Source: Patescibacteria group bacterium
Lineage (GTDB): Bacteria; Patescibacteriota; Patescibacteriia; WFTA01; S139-112
Assembly: GCA_015485695.1 (NCBI GenBank)
Contig: WFTB01000027.1
Span: forward strand, 20,183-84,182
Direction: 5' to 3'
DNA: 64,000 nucleotides
The position numbers and the translations under genes are program-made. Each line of letters opens with the position of its first letter. The stretch's first letter is position 1. The notes beneath the pieces were generated by a model. That model was not told the origin of the DNA. It saw only the letters and a list, made by a program, of their open reading frames with translations, and did not search any database. Positions 17,123 through 27,371 of this stretch are shown here, piece after piece.

Positions 17123-17752
17123 ATGGACAAGCCCGTTGTCAAAAATAAATATTATGCTTTGCGACACGGGTTCTCGGAGAAGAACGAGCTTGGGTTGGTT
17201 GTAAGTTATCCGGAAAAGAGGCCTTATCACTTGACACAAAAGGGCATAGAACAAGTAAAAGAAGGTTCATTGTGGCTCAGATCCGAGCATATTGATTGCA
17301 TATATGCCTCAGACCTTACTCGTACTCGCGAGTCCGCGAAAATAGCGTCTGAAATCATCGACAACGGTGTGAGCGTGGTTTTCGATGAACGACTTCGCGA
17401 AATCGATTTTGGCGTGTTCAATGGCAAAACGCAAGATGAGTGGCGCGCGTTTTTTGATGATTATCAAAATGTGTCTGAACGATTCGTGAAACGTCCGGAT
17501 GGCGGAGAGAACTATGCTGATGTAGCGAAGCGTATGTCAGATTTTCTGTACGATGTGGAACAAAATAACGATAATCGGCATATTCTGCTAGTGTCTCACG
17601 GAATTCCGCTCTGGTTGTTGCAATGGGTGTCGTGGTGCGTGACGGGTGACGAGCTTAATAATGTGCCATATCCGGAAACCGGAAAAGCCGTAAAACTTGA
17701 TGTGCGATGTCCTCCTTATAAACAGAATAACATGATAACACGGGAGCATTAA
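17123..17752 (+). CDS. Histidine phosphatase family protein (phosphoglycerate mutase-like)
   Basis: RHG catalytic motif (YALRHGFSEKN) and a downstream conserved His region. Confidence 0.7.
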   Translation: MDKPVVKNKYYALRHGFSEKNELGLVVSYPEKRPYHLTQKGIEQVKEGSLWLRSEHIDCIYASDLTRTRESAKIASEIIDNGVSVVFDERLREIDFGVFNGKTQDEWRAFFDDYQNVSERFVKRPDGGENYADVAKRMSDFLYDVEQNNDNRHILLVSHGIPLWLLQWVSWCVTGDELNNVPYPETGKAVKLDVRCPPYKQNNMITREH

Positions 17753-17903
17753 AACAATCGGTGTGAGGATATCTGGTTTTACTTCTACTTCACTTACCGA
17801 GGGTAATCATGCCCGTGTGTCATCCCGGAATTTTGTAATCAACATGCTTGTGTGCGGAGTGCCTTGGTTTTTTGTTTTCATGCTTTAATGTTTTAATATT
17901 GTT

Positions 17904-20834
17904 ATGTTCAATCTGTCAAAAATCGAAGAAGATGTGTTAAAGTTTTGGGACGAAGACGATACGTTTCAAAAAACGGTTGATAAAGACGCTCCAAACGGCG
18001 CGTATACGTTTTATGACGGACCTCCGTTCGCGACGGGATTGCCTCATTACGGACACTTGGTTGGGAGCCTCATGAAAGACGTTGTTCCAAGATACTGGAC
18101 AATGAAAGGGCATAGAGTCGAACGCAAATGGGGATGGGATTGTCACGGACTACCCATTGAAAATATAGTCGAAAAGGAATTGGATTTGAATTCGCGCAAG
18201 GATGTTGTTGCGTATGGTGTCGATTCGTTCAATAAGACATGTCACGGCAAAGTGATGATGTATCGCGAGGAATGGAAAAAGACCGTACGCAGGTTTGGCA
18301 GATGGGCGGACATGGACAATGATTATAAAACCATGGACATTGAGTACATGGAAAGTATTTGGTGGGTTTTCAAAGAGCTATATGACAAAGGATTAATCTA
18401 TGAAGACTACAAATCAATGCATGTTTGCCCGCGTTGCGAAACCACTCTTTCGCAGTCTGAAGTCGCGGAAGGATATAAGGAGATAAAAGATCTCTCTGTT
18501 GTTGTTAAATTCCAAATCACAAATAACAAACCGCAAACAAATTCTAATGACCAAAATTCAAATATCAAAACGTATATATTGAGTTGGACGACAACTCCTT
18601 GGACGCTACCCGGGAATGTTGCATTGGCTGTGGGGGAAGATATTGTCTATGTTGTCATTGAAAAGAAAGACGAAGAAGAGGGTGAGCGCGTTCGGTTTAT
18701 ACTCGCGAAAGACCGCCTCAAAGATGTGTTAGGTGAAGATGAGTATGAAATAGTATATGAATTGAAAGGCTCTGACCTTGTCGGAATGTCGTATGATCCG
18801 GTTTTTCCGTACTACGCAAACTCTGACATAGAAAACAAAGAAAACGGCTGGAAGATTTACGCCGGTGATTTTGTAACCACTGAAGAAGGGACGGGAGTTG
18901 TTCATATCGCGCCGGCGTTCGGGCAAGACGATATGGATATGGGCAAACGGCACCATTTGCCGTTTATTCAGCATCTTGGCATGGACGGACATTTCAAGCC
19001 GGAGGTTTCTGATTTTGCGGGACTTTCGGTTAAGCCGATTGACGACCACATGTCGACAGATATTGAAATCGTAAAATACTTGGCGCGAAACGACAAACTG
19101 TTTAACAAGGAAAAGTACACCCACACATATCCGCATTGCTGGCGGTGCGATACACCTCTTTTGAATTACGCTACATCGTCTTTGTTTGTTAATGTTACTC
19201 GCATAAAGGACAATCTGCTCGAAAACGCGAAGAAGGTTTCTTGGGTTCCGAGCCATATGAAAGAAGGTCGCTTCGGGAATTGGCTGGAAGGAGCGCGCGA
19301 TTGGTCTATCTCTCGCCAGCGTTTCTGGGGTTCTGTGATTCCACTATGGAAATGTGAATCCGAATCCTGCGACAAGGAGCGTGTGTTCGGGTCAATCGAG
19401 GAGCTTGAACGAGCGTCGGGAGAATCCGTCTCGGATTTGCACAAACACATAGTCGATAATGTACATGTTCCGTGTGAATGCGGAAAAGTGATGAAGCGTA
19501 TTCCGGACGTGCTTGATTGTTGGTTTGAGTCCGGGTCTATGCCGTACGCGCAGTTGCATTATCCGTTTGAGAATAAAGAAAAATTCGAACAAAGTTTTCC
19601 GGCTCAGTTTATCGCCGAAGGAGCCGATCAAACTCGCGCTTGGTTTTATTATCTCCATATAATGGGAACCGCCTTATTTGATTCTAACGCTTTCGAGAAT
19701 GTGATTGTCAACGGTATTGTCCAGGCGGAAGACGGCAAGAAAATGTCCAAAAAACTCAAAAATTATCCCGAACCGGAAGTTTTGTTCGATAAGTATGGCG
19801 CGGACGCCGTTCGCTACTATCTTGCGACGTCGCCCGTGGTGCATGCGGATGACTTGAACTTTTCGGAAAAAGGCGTCGCTGAAAAGGCGAGAATGTTCAG
19901 GACACTTCACAATGTTGCGAGTTTTTATGAAATGTTTTCCGAGGGTGTTGATATCTCTGACTTGAGAGAAGAGGATTTAACACATTCATTGGATGTTTGG
20001 ATTAATGCTCGATTAAATCAAACCATTACACGAATTACCGAGCAGATGGATGCGTACGATATTCAAGCCGCGGCTCGACCAATTTCGGAGTTTATAGACG
20101 ACTTATCAACCTGGTATGTGCGCAGGTCGAGAGATCGTTTTAAATCGGAAGACGAAAGTATAAAACTTCCCGCTTTGAGAACATTGCGACATGTTTTGCG
20201 CAGACTTGCTCGTATCATGGCGCCGTTTACGCCGTTTTTCGCTGAACACATATACAAATATCGCATGGGCGGTGGTGTGTCTGTGCATATGACGGAATGG
20301 CCGACCGAGTATCTGGCAAATGAGAATAGAGATACGGGAGTTTTAGACAGGATGCGATTGGTTCGAAATATAGTTGAAACCGGACTCGCAAAGAGAACGG
20401 AGTTAAAACTCCCGGTCAGACAACCGCTTCGGGAACTTAAGGTCTTAAATTGCGAGGTTCAAATCGAAGAGGAGTATGCGCAACTGATTAAGGACGAACT
20501 TAATATAAAGGAAGTGACACTTGTTCAAGGAGATGGCGGGTTAGTCGTTGAGCTTGACTCGGAGATTACTCCGGAGCTGAAAATCGAAGGAATCAAGCGT
20601 GAACTTGTCCGTCAAATAAACAATATTCGCAAAAATCAAGGTCTTACGATAAAGGACAGAGTGAAAATTGCCGTAGAATCGGATAATAAAGACATCGCAA
20701 AAGCGATATCAGGCCACGGTCCGCAAATTCTCGAAGATACTCTCGCGATTGAGTTTGTTGATTCGCTTGATGGAGAAAAGCACGAAGTGAAAGTCGCGGG
20801 AGCGGTTGTATTTGTGTCGCTCAAGAAGGTGTAG
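17904..20834 (+). CDS. ileS: Isoleucine--tRNA ligase (type 2, archaeal/eukaryote-like)
   Basis: HIGH region GPPFATGLPHYGH and a KMSKS motif (KMSKKL). 976 aa. Editing-domain-sized insertion. Confidence 0.9.
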   Translation: MFNLSKIEEDVLKFWDEDDTFQKTVDKDAPNGAYTFYDGPPFATGLPHYGHLVGSLMKDVVPRYWTMKGHRVERKWGWDCHGLPIENIVEKELDLNSRKDVVAYGVDSFNKTCHGKVMMYREEWKKTVRRFGRWADMDNDYKTMDIEYMESIWWVFKELYDKGLIYEDYKSMHVCPRCETTLSQSEVAEGYKEIKDLSVVVKFQITNNKPQTNSNDQNSNIKTYILSWTTTPWTLPGNVALAVGEDIVYVVIEKKDEEEGERVRFILAKDRLKDVLGEDEYEIVYELKGSDLVGMSYDPVFPYYANSDIENKENGWKIYAGDFVTTEEGTGVVHIAPAFGQDDMDMGKRHHLPFIQHLGMDGHFKPEVSDFAGLSVKPIDDHMSTDIEIVKYLARNDKLFNKEKYTHTYPHCWRCDTPLLNYATSSLFVNVTRIKDNLLENAKKVSWVPSHMKEGRFGNWLEGARDWSISRQRFWGSVIPLWKCESESCDKERVFGSIEELERASGESVSDLHKHIVDNVHVPCECGKVMKRIPDVLDCWFESGSMPYAQLHYPFENKEKFEQSFPAQFIAEGADQTRAWFYYLHIMGTALFDSNAFENVIVNGIVQAEDGKKMSKKLKNYPEPEVLFDKYGADAVRYYLATSPVVHADDLNFSEKGVAEKARMFRTLHNVASFYEMFSEGVDISDLREEDLTHSLDVWINARLNQTITRITEQMDAYDIQAAARPISEFIDDLSTWYVRRSRDRFKSEDESIKLPALRTLRHVLRRLARIMAPFTPFFAEHIYKYRMGGGVSVHMTEWPTEYLANENRDTGVLDRMRLVRNIVETGLAKRTELKLPVRQPLRELKVLNCEVQIEEEYAQLIKDELNIKEVTLVQGDGGLVVELDSEITPELKIEGIKRELVRQINNIRKNQGLTIKDRVKIAVESDNKDIAKAISGHGPQILEDTLAIEFVDSLDGEKHEVKVAGAVVFVSLKKV

Positions 20835-21242
20835 GAAATCTCAAAACTCTTTCGAGGATGTTATTATCACCCTGATTCTCTCTGTAAAATAGCGATTTCT
20901 TGTTTTTAGATATATATATCAACGTTTTCGCCCAATCCATCTTGGCTTGTAGGTTTACTGTCTTTATTTTTATTCTTCTTCTTTGAATCTGATTCTGGTT
21001 TTCTACGGTTTTTTTCGGGGAATTCGCTAGTGGTTTCGTGTATTCTGCTTATCGGCGTTACACCGCCTTTGTTTTCAATTTCCATTTGAATTTTAGTTAT
21101 TCGATTTTATTAAGTCGCGCCTTTTATTACAGTGTACTGATTTTTCGTCGTATTGCCAAGTCAAAATTGTTTTTGGGATATTTGTTTTAATGAAGTTTTA
21201 CTTGTTGTGGGATATTGTATTGAATTGTGCTAAGATTTATAC

Positions 21243-21881
21243 ATGTATATACAGACACCAGGATACATATTGCGGTCCATGAATTGGCGAGAAGGGGATC
21301 GGCTTTATATTATTTTCACTCGGGAACTTGGCAAAGTGGAAGCGCAAGCTCGCGGAGCTCGCAAAATACAATCCAAGCTCGCCGGACATTTGCAACCTTT
21401 CAGGTCAGTGAATCTTCACCTTGCTCGCGGTAAGGTTTTCTGTCATGTGATAGGCGCTCAATCCGGGAACTCCGGTTATCTCGCGCAAAACGGTCGAGTG
21501 TTCGGCTATGCTCAGTATTTTCTGGAGCTTGTCGATCGCATGACCAAAGTCGGACAAAAAAGTGACGATATATTCCGTCTTTTGGAAGATGTGTTTGATA
21601 TTCTGGAAAATACGAAAGACTTTGAACGTCTCAAGAGACTGCGTATAGTGTTTTTGCTCAAACTTCTAAAGGCTACGGGGTTTAATCCGGAACGAAGAGT
21701 CGCTCGAGACAACAAAACTCGAAAAGAGCTTTTCGTATATCTAAACTGTCCTTTGAAAGAAGTGGATTTTACCGAAAATAACGGAACCTTGAAGACACTT
21801 TTTGGCATTTCTCAATATGGATTGAATGAAGTCATAGAGAGACCTCTCAACAGCGCCAAATATTTACAATCATTCGGTTGA
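21243..21881 (+). CDS. recO: DNA repair protein RecO
   Basis: N-terminal OB-fold pattern GYILRS..REGDRLYIIFTRELGKVEAQARGARK. Confidence 0.7.
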   Translation: MYIQTPGYILRSMNWREGDRLYIIFTRELGKVEAQARGARKIQSKLAGHLQPFRSVNLHLARGKVFCHVIGAQSGNSGYLAQNGRVFGYAQYFLELVDRMTKVGQKSDDIFRLLEDVFDILENTKDFERLKRLRIVFLLKLLKATGFNPERRVARDNKTRKELFVYLNCPLKEVDFTENNGTLKTLFGISQYGLNEVIERPLNSAKYLQSFG

Positions 21882-21897
21882 GCCGTATAATTACCGC

Positions 21898-22116
21898 ATG
21901 AATAACAAACATAAGGTTAAAAATTCGGAAGAAGAGGAAATAAACGATATCGAACTTGACAGCGAAGACATGGATGATTTTGTCGAGGACTCATACGATG
22001 GGTATTCGGATTATGATGAAGAGCGACGCCTTGGTCCGGTTGTGTTTTATACGATTTTGGTTTTGTTTCTCATAACCGCGTCATTGCTCGCGGGCTTTGT
22101 CGTTTTTTTGAAATGA
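21898..22116 (+). CDS. Hypothetical small acidic protein with a C-terminal TM helix
   Basis: Acidic N-terminal half, hydrophobic C-terminal segment. No recognizable domain. Confidence 0.3.
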   Translation: MNNKHKVKNSEEEEINDIELDSEDMDDFVEDSYDGYSDYDEERRLGPVVFYTILVLFLITASLLAGFVVFLK

Positions 22117-22221
22117 TATAAGAACTTTTTGACTCGCGATTCGTGGATTCGTTATCGCGTTTTTTGTTTGCGGTGTTGATTGTGGTATAATAATACCGTG
22201 TTTTGTTTTTAATGTTTTTTC

Positions 22222-23511
22222 ATGTCTTTTCTGAATTTTAATTTATCCGGATTTGGTTTGGATATTTCGGATTTTTCGATAAAAATTGCCCAGGTCGTGG
22301 AAGGAAAGGGAGAGCGACTTTTGTCCGCGTGGGGCAAGACCAAAATCAAACCCGGAGTCATTGACAAGGGCGTAATAACCGACAAAGAACAGTTGGTATC
22401 GGAATTGAAAAAACTGAAAGAATCGGTAAGTGGCAATCTCACGTCTAATTTTGCCGTAGCTTGTTTGCCGGAGACAAAAACTTTTATCAAGGTTTTCGAT
22501 TTGTCGAAGCCGAAAAAAACCGACAAAAAAGAAAGCTCTCAGCCTTTAATCGACGCCATAGAAAAAGAATTGCCAAAAGAAATTCCGCTTCCGGTAGAAA
22601 ACATAACTTATGATTTTCAGATAGTGCGTGAGGACGATTCGTCTTGGAGCGTCTTGGTGGGCGCGGCTCCGAGAGACATTATCATGGACTACAATGAAGT
22701 TATAAAATCCGCTGGATTCAGTGTTTTGGCGCTTGAGATTGAAGCGCAAGCGATAGTGCGAGCTTTGATGAGTGATAAGTATAAAACCTCCGTAAAAGAA
22801 AGGAAAATAAAAATACCGAAAATTCATATTCCAAAGATTTCTTTTGGTTCCAAAGAGGGCGAAGATTCGAGCGTTGCGGTCGAAAAAAATTCGAACTTAA
22901 ATGGCAAGGCCGAAAACGGTGAATCGATAATCGACAAAATAAGAAACGGATTCGGAGAAGAAAAGAAAACGGCGCAATACGTCAGGGAGCGTCCGACTTC
23001 CGAAAAGCCGACTATGATAGTTGATTTGGGCGCGGCTCGTTCGGGCATGATTGTCTATCATGGCGATTCGATACGTTTGACTCGCTCAATTCCAATTTCA
23101 GGATCCCAAATAACCAAAAAGATAATGGATGAGATGAAACTTACGCCTGCAAAGGCTGAACAAGCCAAAATCGTATGCGGTCTGGACGAGAGAAAGTGCA
23201 AGGGGAAATTGAAGCCGATAATAGACGGTTGGGTGAATGAGCTCGCGGAAGAAATATCCACAACCATGACGTATTATCACAACTCTTCCGCCGATTCGAA
23301 TGAAGGTTTCAAGGAATTGTTGCTTTGTGGGGGAGGGGCCGCCCTTAACGGCTTGTCAGAGCGACTTTCCGATGAGTTGTCCGTCCCCGCCAGCGCCATA
23401 GGCGACATATCCGATTATCGAGTTTCTTTTCACAAAGAAGTACCACCGATACCCAAAAGGTCTGTATCCGGATTTGCGACCGCAATCGGTCTTGCTCTGC
23501 GCTCCGTTTGA
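22222..23511 (+). CDS. pilM: Type IV pilus assembly protein PilM (actin-like ATPase fold), with an internal insertion
   Basis: GLDISDFSIKIAQV at the N-terminus and ASKHA-like motifs. Followed by pilN/pilO-like genes. Confidence 0.7.
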   Translation: MSFLNFNLSGFGLDISDFSIKIAQVVEGKGERLLSAWGKTKIKPGVIDKGVITDKEQLVSELKKLKESVSGNLTSNFAVACLPETKTFIKVFDLSKPKKTDKKESSQPLIDAIEKELPKEIPLPVENITYDFQIVREDDSSWSVLVGAAPRDIIMDYNEVIKSAGFSVLALEIEAQAIVRALMSDKYKTSVKERKIKIPKIHIPKISFGSKEGEDSSVAVEKNSNLNGKAENGESIIDKIRNGFGEEKKTAQYVRERPTSEKPTMIVDLGAARSGMIVYHGDSIRLTRSIPISGSQITKKIMDEMKLTPAKAEQAKIVCGLDERKCKGKLKPIIDGWVNELAEEISTTMTYYHNSSADSNEGFKELLLCGGGAALNGLSERLSDELSVPASAIGDISDYRVSFHKEVPPIPKRSVSGFATAIGLALRSV

Positions 23512-23530
23512 GTTTAGTTAAACACTTTGT

Positions 23531-24085
23531 ATGATTGATTTGAATTTTGTACCGGATCACGATCAAAAAGCGATAGCCAGATACGCCATGAGCATAGTTG
23601 CCAGACATTTGGCAATATGGTTTGTTTTTGCGATTGTTGTGGTCGCGCTTTTACTGGCTTGGGGAAAGTTTTTTTTGGAGCGAAACTTGGCAATATGGGA
23701 AGAGCAATCCATCTTGGTCGCTCAGCGTCGCGCTTCCGTCTCGGAGAGGATACGATTGTTAAACCAAACGGCAATCGCTGTTTCCAAAGTGCAAGAAGAA
23801 TACAGGCCGTGGTCCGAGCTGTTGATGGAATTCGCATCGATTGTACCGCCTGGAAATAGAGTGGATTCTCTTTTGATTGATAACAGAACAGGAATGGTCG
23901 AAATTCGCGGTTTCAGCACCACTAGAGAAAACGTGCTCGCATTTGAAAAGGCGCTCAATGATAATCCTTTTTTTACCGAAGTTAAATCGCCGTTAACCAA
24001 TTTGCTTAACCCCAAAAACATAGATTTCAGTTTTACCGCGAAACTTTCTTTCGGAGACTATGAATCCAGGGACGAGAACCTATGA
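23531..24085 (+). CDS. pilN: Type IV pilus assembly protein PilN
   Basis: Single N-terminal TM helix, then a coiled-coil and a PilN-like periplasmic domain. Located after pilM. Confidence 0.6.
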   Translation: MIDLNFVPDHDQKAIARYAMSIVARHLAIWFVFAIVVVALLLAWGKFFLERNLAIWEEQSILVAQRRASVSERIRLLNQTAIAVSKVQEEYRPWSELLMEFASIVPPGNRVDSLLIDNRTGMVEIRGFSTTRENVLAFEKALNDNPFFTEVKSPLTNLLNPKNIDFSFTAKLSFGDYESRDENL

Positions 24086-24108
24086 TATTCGTATGAATTC
24101 TGAAGAGC

Positions 24109-24714
24109 TTGGGTTTTTATAAAGGCGACATGAAAAAATATTTTCACCAATTTCAGATTATAGGGTTTGTGCTACTGTTTGCGGTGGTTACATGGTTTGT
24201 GGTGCTTCCGGTCAGTAATGACATTGTCGATTTGAGAAAAAATATTTTCCAACAACGAGAAGAGCTTGAGAAAATCTATCTTAGAGGTCAACTTCTCAAA
24301 AAAATGCAAGTCCAGCTAAAAGACATAGAAGAAGATATACCATCGGTAGAATCGGCAATATTACCGGTTGGAAAGCGTTTGTATTTGATTACCGCTCTCG
24401 AGAATATAGCTTCGGACAACAAATTGAAACAAGAGATTTCAATGGATGATTTCCCTGAAAACATATCCAAAATCACCGCATTGCCGATAAACGTAAAACT
24501 GAACGGAACTTTCAATGATCTTCTTAGGTATATTATCGATGTTGAGAGGATGGATTTTTATATAAATTGGCAAACCATATCCATAGGGTCGGGAATTGGC
24601 ACCAAACGAACGATTAGAAGGGGGCCGAATCTCGCTCCGTCCGCTCCGGAGAGCATTACCGAGAACAAATCAATACAAATAACCCTATCGGGGCAAGTAT
24701 ACTGGAGGCCGTAG
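24109..24714 (+). CDS. pilO: Type IV pilus assembly protein PilO-like
   Basis: N-terminal TM helix and coiled-coil (LRKNIFQQREELEKIYLRGQ). Position in the pilMNO cluster. Confidence 0.5.
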   Translation: MGFYKGDMKKYFHQFQIIGFVLLFAVVTWFVVLPVSNDIVDLRKNIFQQREELEKIYLRGQLLKKMQVQLKDIEEDIPSVESAILPVGKRLYLITALENIASDNKLKQEISMDDFPENISKITALPINVKLNGTFNDLLRYIIDVERMDFYINWQTISIGSGIGTKRTIRRGPNLAPSAPESITENKSIQITLSGQVYWRP

Positions 24715-24717
24715 AGT

Positions 24718-24981
24718 ATGAATATATTTTATCAAATTGTAAAAAGACTCAATATTATCATAATGATTGTCGTAATCGTTTCGATTGGTGCGACTTTGCG
24801 GTTTTTGTATTCGAACATGTACAAAACCATAATTCAAGCCGAGAGAATCGTATTGTTGAAGGGGCAAATAATAGACGCAACGTTCAATGAAAAACTATGG
24901 AGAGATATAACCGAAAACCTTGAAACAAAAAAAAGCGCGAAAAACATTTCCGAAAACGTAAAAGATCCGTTTAATTTTTAG
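24718..24981 (+). CDS. Hypothetical small membrane protein (possible PilP-position protein)
   Basis: One TM helix. Directly downstream of the pilO-like gene. Confidence 0.3.
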   Translation: MNIFYQIVKRLNIIIMIVVIVSIGATLRFLYSNMYKTIIQAERIVLLKGQIIDATFNEKLWRDITENLETKKSAKNISENVKDPFNF

Positions 24982-25109
24982 GTTGCATTCAATGTGTTCT
25001 CGGAAATCTTAGTTTCGTATCGAAATTATGAAATCATTGGAAGAATGGTTGGTTTTTGCGCTGAGTCTGGGCTCTCTATCGGCATTGCGAATCGATTTGA
25101 TTTGAATTA

Positions 25110-26366
25110 TCAGGTTTTTTCGTAAGAGCTCTTGAGTTTTTCGTATTCTTCGAAGATGTTTCTTGAAGCCTCGTGAATTTCTTCTTTTGTGGTGTATTTT
25201 CCGAGCGATATTCGAATACTGTTTGTTATTCTTTCATCGTCATACCCCAACGCTTTTAAGGCGTTGGACTTTTTTTGCGCTCCCGACGAACAGGCGGGTC
25301 CGTAAGATACGGATACACCTCTCATATCAAGCGCGGTCATTAGAGTAATGCCGTCCACTCTCGGAAAGTAAATGCTTGCATGAGAAGGGGATACATTGTC
25401 GCCGTATGGGTCATCAGGTCCGTTTATCTTGATGTCCGGAATTGTGTTTTTTAGATTGGTTATGAGTGTTTTTTTAAGGTTTGATATTTCTGTTTTATTT
25501 TCAATCGATATCAGCTCAACCGCTTTTCCGATTCCGACTATAAGCGGTGTCGGCATCGTGCCAGGTCGCAACGCTTTTTGTTGAGCGCCACCGTAGACCA
25601 GAGGGCTTATTTCGGTTCCTTCTCGTACATACAATATGCCTATACCTTTAGGTCCGTATATTTTGTTTCCTGACAATGACATCAAGTCGACTTTTGTGTG
25701 ATTTACATGGCAATTGAAACAGTTGAGGGCTTGCGCGGAATCTGCGTGAAAAGTGATTTTGTTTTCTCGAGTTTTGTTTTCACGAATCAGCATTTTACCG
25801 ATTTCTTTTATCGGCTGAACCAGTCCGAATTCGCTTTGAACATGCGTAATTGAAACAAGAACCGTTTCGTCTCGTATATGCTTTTTGATGCTTGATGCTT
25901 TTATGGTTCCGTCTTTGTCCGGTCTTATATATGTCACGTCCGCGCCGGCCGTTTTTTCCAGGTATTCACAAGTCGCATGAACTGAATCGTGCTCTATCGC
26001 CGTTGTGATGATATGTGGAAGTGTTTTGGCGTCGGCATTGTTTGATATGTATTTTTTTATAACACCTTGAATCGCCAAATTGTTTGATTCGGTGGCTCCA
26101 GAAGTGAAAATGATTTCTCCGGGGTCGCATCCCAGCTTGTCGGCTATTTGCAACTTCGCGTTGTCGACCGCTATTTGCGCTTTTTGTCCTTGTCGGTGCG
26201 CGGAGCTTGGATTGCCGTAATGTTCCGACCAATACGGATTCATGGCGGAAACGACATTCGGGTCTGTAGGAGTGGATGCCGCATAGTCGAGGTATATATT
26301 GTTTTTTTGTGATATGTGTTTCATATTGCCAAGATTCATTCTATCTGAATTCTCGAATATGTTCAA
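25110..26366 (-). CDS. Cysteine desulfurase (class V aminotransferase, NifS/IscS family)
   Basis: PLP-lysine region SLSGNKIYGPKGIGILYV and C-terminal Cys loop GPACSSGAQKKS. The true start may be the internal Met (MKHISQKNNIYLDYAASTP). Confidence 0.85.
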   Translation of the reverse strand: MNIFENSDRMNLGNMKHISQKNNIYLDYAASTPTDPNVVSAMNPYWSEHYGNPSSAHRQGQKAQIAVDNAKLQIADKLGCDPGEIIFTSGATESNNLAIQGVIKKYISNNADAKTLPHIITTAIEHDSVHATCEYLEKTAGADVTYIRPDKDGTIKASSIKKHIRDETVLVSITHVQSEFGLVQPIKEIGKMLIRENKTRENKITFHADSAQALNCFNCHVNHTKVDLMSLSGNKIYGPKGIGILYVREGTEISPLVYGGAQQKALRPGTMPTPLIVGIGKAVELISIENKTEISNLKKTLITNLKNTIPDIKINGPDDPYGDNVSPSHASIYFPRVDGITLMTALDMRGVSVSYGPACSSGAQKKSNALKALGYDDERITNSIRISLGKYTTKEEIHEASRNIFEEYEKLKSSYEKT

Positions 26367-26529
26367 TTTTTCTCCTTCTCATATCTTGAATTCGCTGAAT
26401 TTGCGATTCAAGTGTAAATAAAGAGAGCGTGTCAATAAATATTGCCATATGGCGCGAAAACATCCAATAGATTATCGCTATTTGCATTTTGCGTGTTGGA
26501 TAACCCGTAAACAACAAAATGAGTTTGCG

Positions 26530-26574
26530 TTTCCCGTGCCTCATCTGACGTCGATCGTGTTATTTTGAGGCGCG
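26530..26574 (-). repeat. REP/MITE-like palindromic element C (reverse orientation relative to A/B)
   Basis: tttCCCGTGCCTCAtctgacgtcgatcgtgttatttTGAGGCGCG. Its core is the exact reverse complement of the element A core. Confidence 0.7.
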
Positions 26575-26617
26575 AAAAATAGAGTTAACACATCGCTTAG
26601 AAGACATGGTTCCGTGT

Positions 26618-26663
26618 TTCCATGCCTCATTTGACGTCGATCGTGTTATTTTGAGGCATGGGA
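26618..26663 (-). repeat. REP/MITE-like palindromic element D
   Basis: tttCCATGCCTCAtttgacgtcgatcgtgttatttTGAGGCATGGGa. Confidence 0.7.
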
Positions 26664-26987
26664 CTATGGGTGTTTTTTTGTTTGTTTGTCGAGTGAGTTG
26701 AAACGTCCGTGCTTGATGGTGTGTTGATGGTGTTGATGCCGTTGGTGTATGATTGCACAATAGACGATAAATAGTGATGAGACTTCCCATGCCGGATAGA
26801 CGGTAATTCGGTGATATTATTGCTCGAGTTGGATTTTATGGAGCATGAGGTAACGCATACGGTTGACGTGTAGTTAATTATCGGCTATACTTTTGCACAG
26901 CGCTTCATGATTCGGTTACGCATTTTTCTGGCTCAGGGTAGCCTTTACTGCCGTTGAGCTTTTGTATAAGTTTAGTTAATAAAGCAT

Positions 26988-27272
26988 ATGGCGCATAGGA
27001 AAGCGGGCGGTTCCGCTAAAAGTTTGCGCGATTCTAACGCGCAACGTCTCGGTGTCAAGAAATACGGCGGTGAAAAAATCAAAGCCGGGCAAATCATACT
27101 TCGTCAACGCGGTACGAAATGGCATCCGGGTTCGGGTGTGCGAAGAGGAAGTGACGATACTTTGTTCGCCATGATTGACGGTGTGGTTAAATTCTACAAA
27201 CGAAAGACGCGCAAGTTTACGGGAAACATGAAACTAACCAAATACGTTTCCGTTGTTCCGGATTCGAAATAA
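26988..27272 (+). CDS. rpmA: 50S ribosomal protein L27
   Basis: [28 protein letters not shown] is canonical L27. No rplU is found upstream. Confidence 0.95.
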   Translation: MAHRKAGGSAKSLRDSNAQRLGVKKYGGEKIKAGQIILRQRGTKWHPGSGVRRGSDDTLFAMIDGVVKFYKRKTRKFTGNMKLTKYVSVVPDSK

Positions 27273-27298
27273 TCACCTGAAATTGACTGATATCAGCC

Positions 27299-27326
27299 AA
27301 AAAACCATCCCTGTGGATGGTTTTTG
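27299..27326 (+). terminator. Rho-independent terminator after rpmA
   Basis: Hairpin aaccatcc-ctgt-ggatggtt followed by tttttgg. Confidence 0.6.
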
Positions 27327-27336
27327 GTATTTTCCC

Positions 27337-27365
27337 TTGACAAATTATCACTGGTGGCGTAATGT
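27337..27365 (+). promoter_or_regulatory. Sigma-70-like promoter: TTGACA, 17-nt spacer, TAATGT
   Basis: TTGACA at 27337-27342, 17-nt spacer, TAATGT at 27360-27365. No protein gene follows on the + strand before the terminator at 27396-27459. Confidence 0.35.
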
Positions 27366-27371
27366 TGTGTT

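Noticed and set aside
17753-17903. T-box or attenuator leader upstream of ileS
   Set aside because: No T-box consensus (AATTAGGGTGGTACCGCG-like) and no convincing specifier or antiterminator structure. Only weak small hairpins.
20835-21242. tmRNA, RNase P RNA, SRP RNA or 6S RNA in the long ileS-recO gap
   Set aside because: None of the conserved signature sequences of these RNAs are present, as far as I can judge by eye. Left as an unexplained gap.
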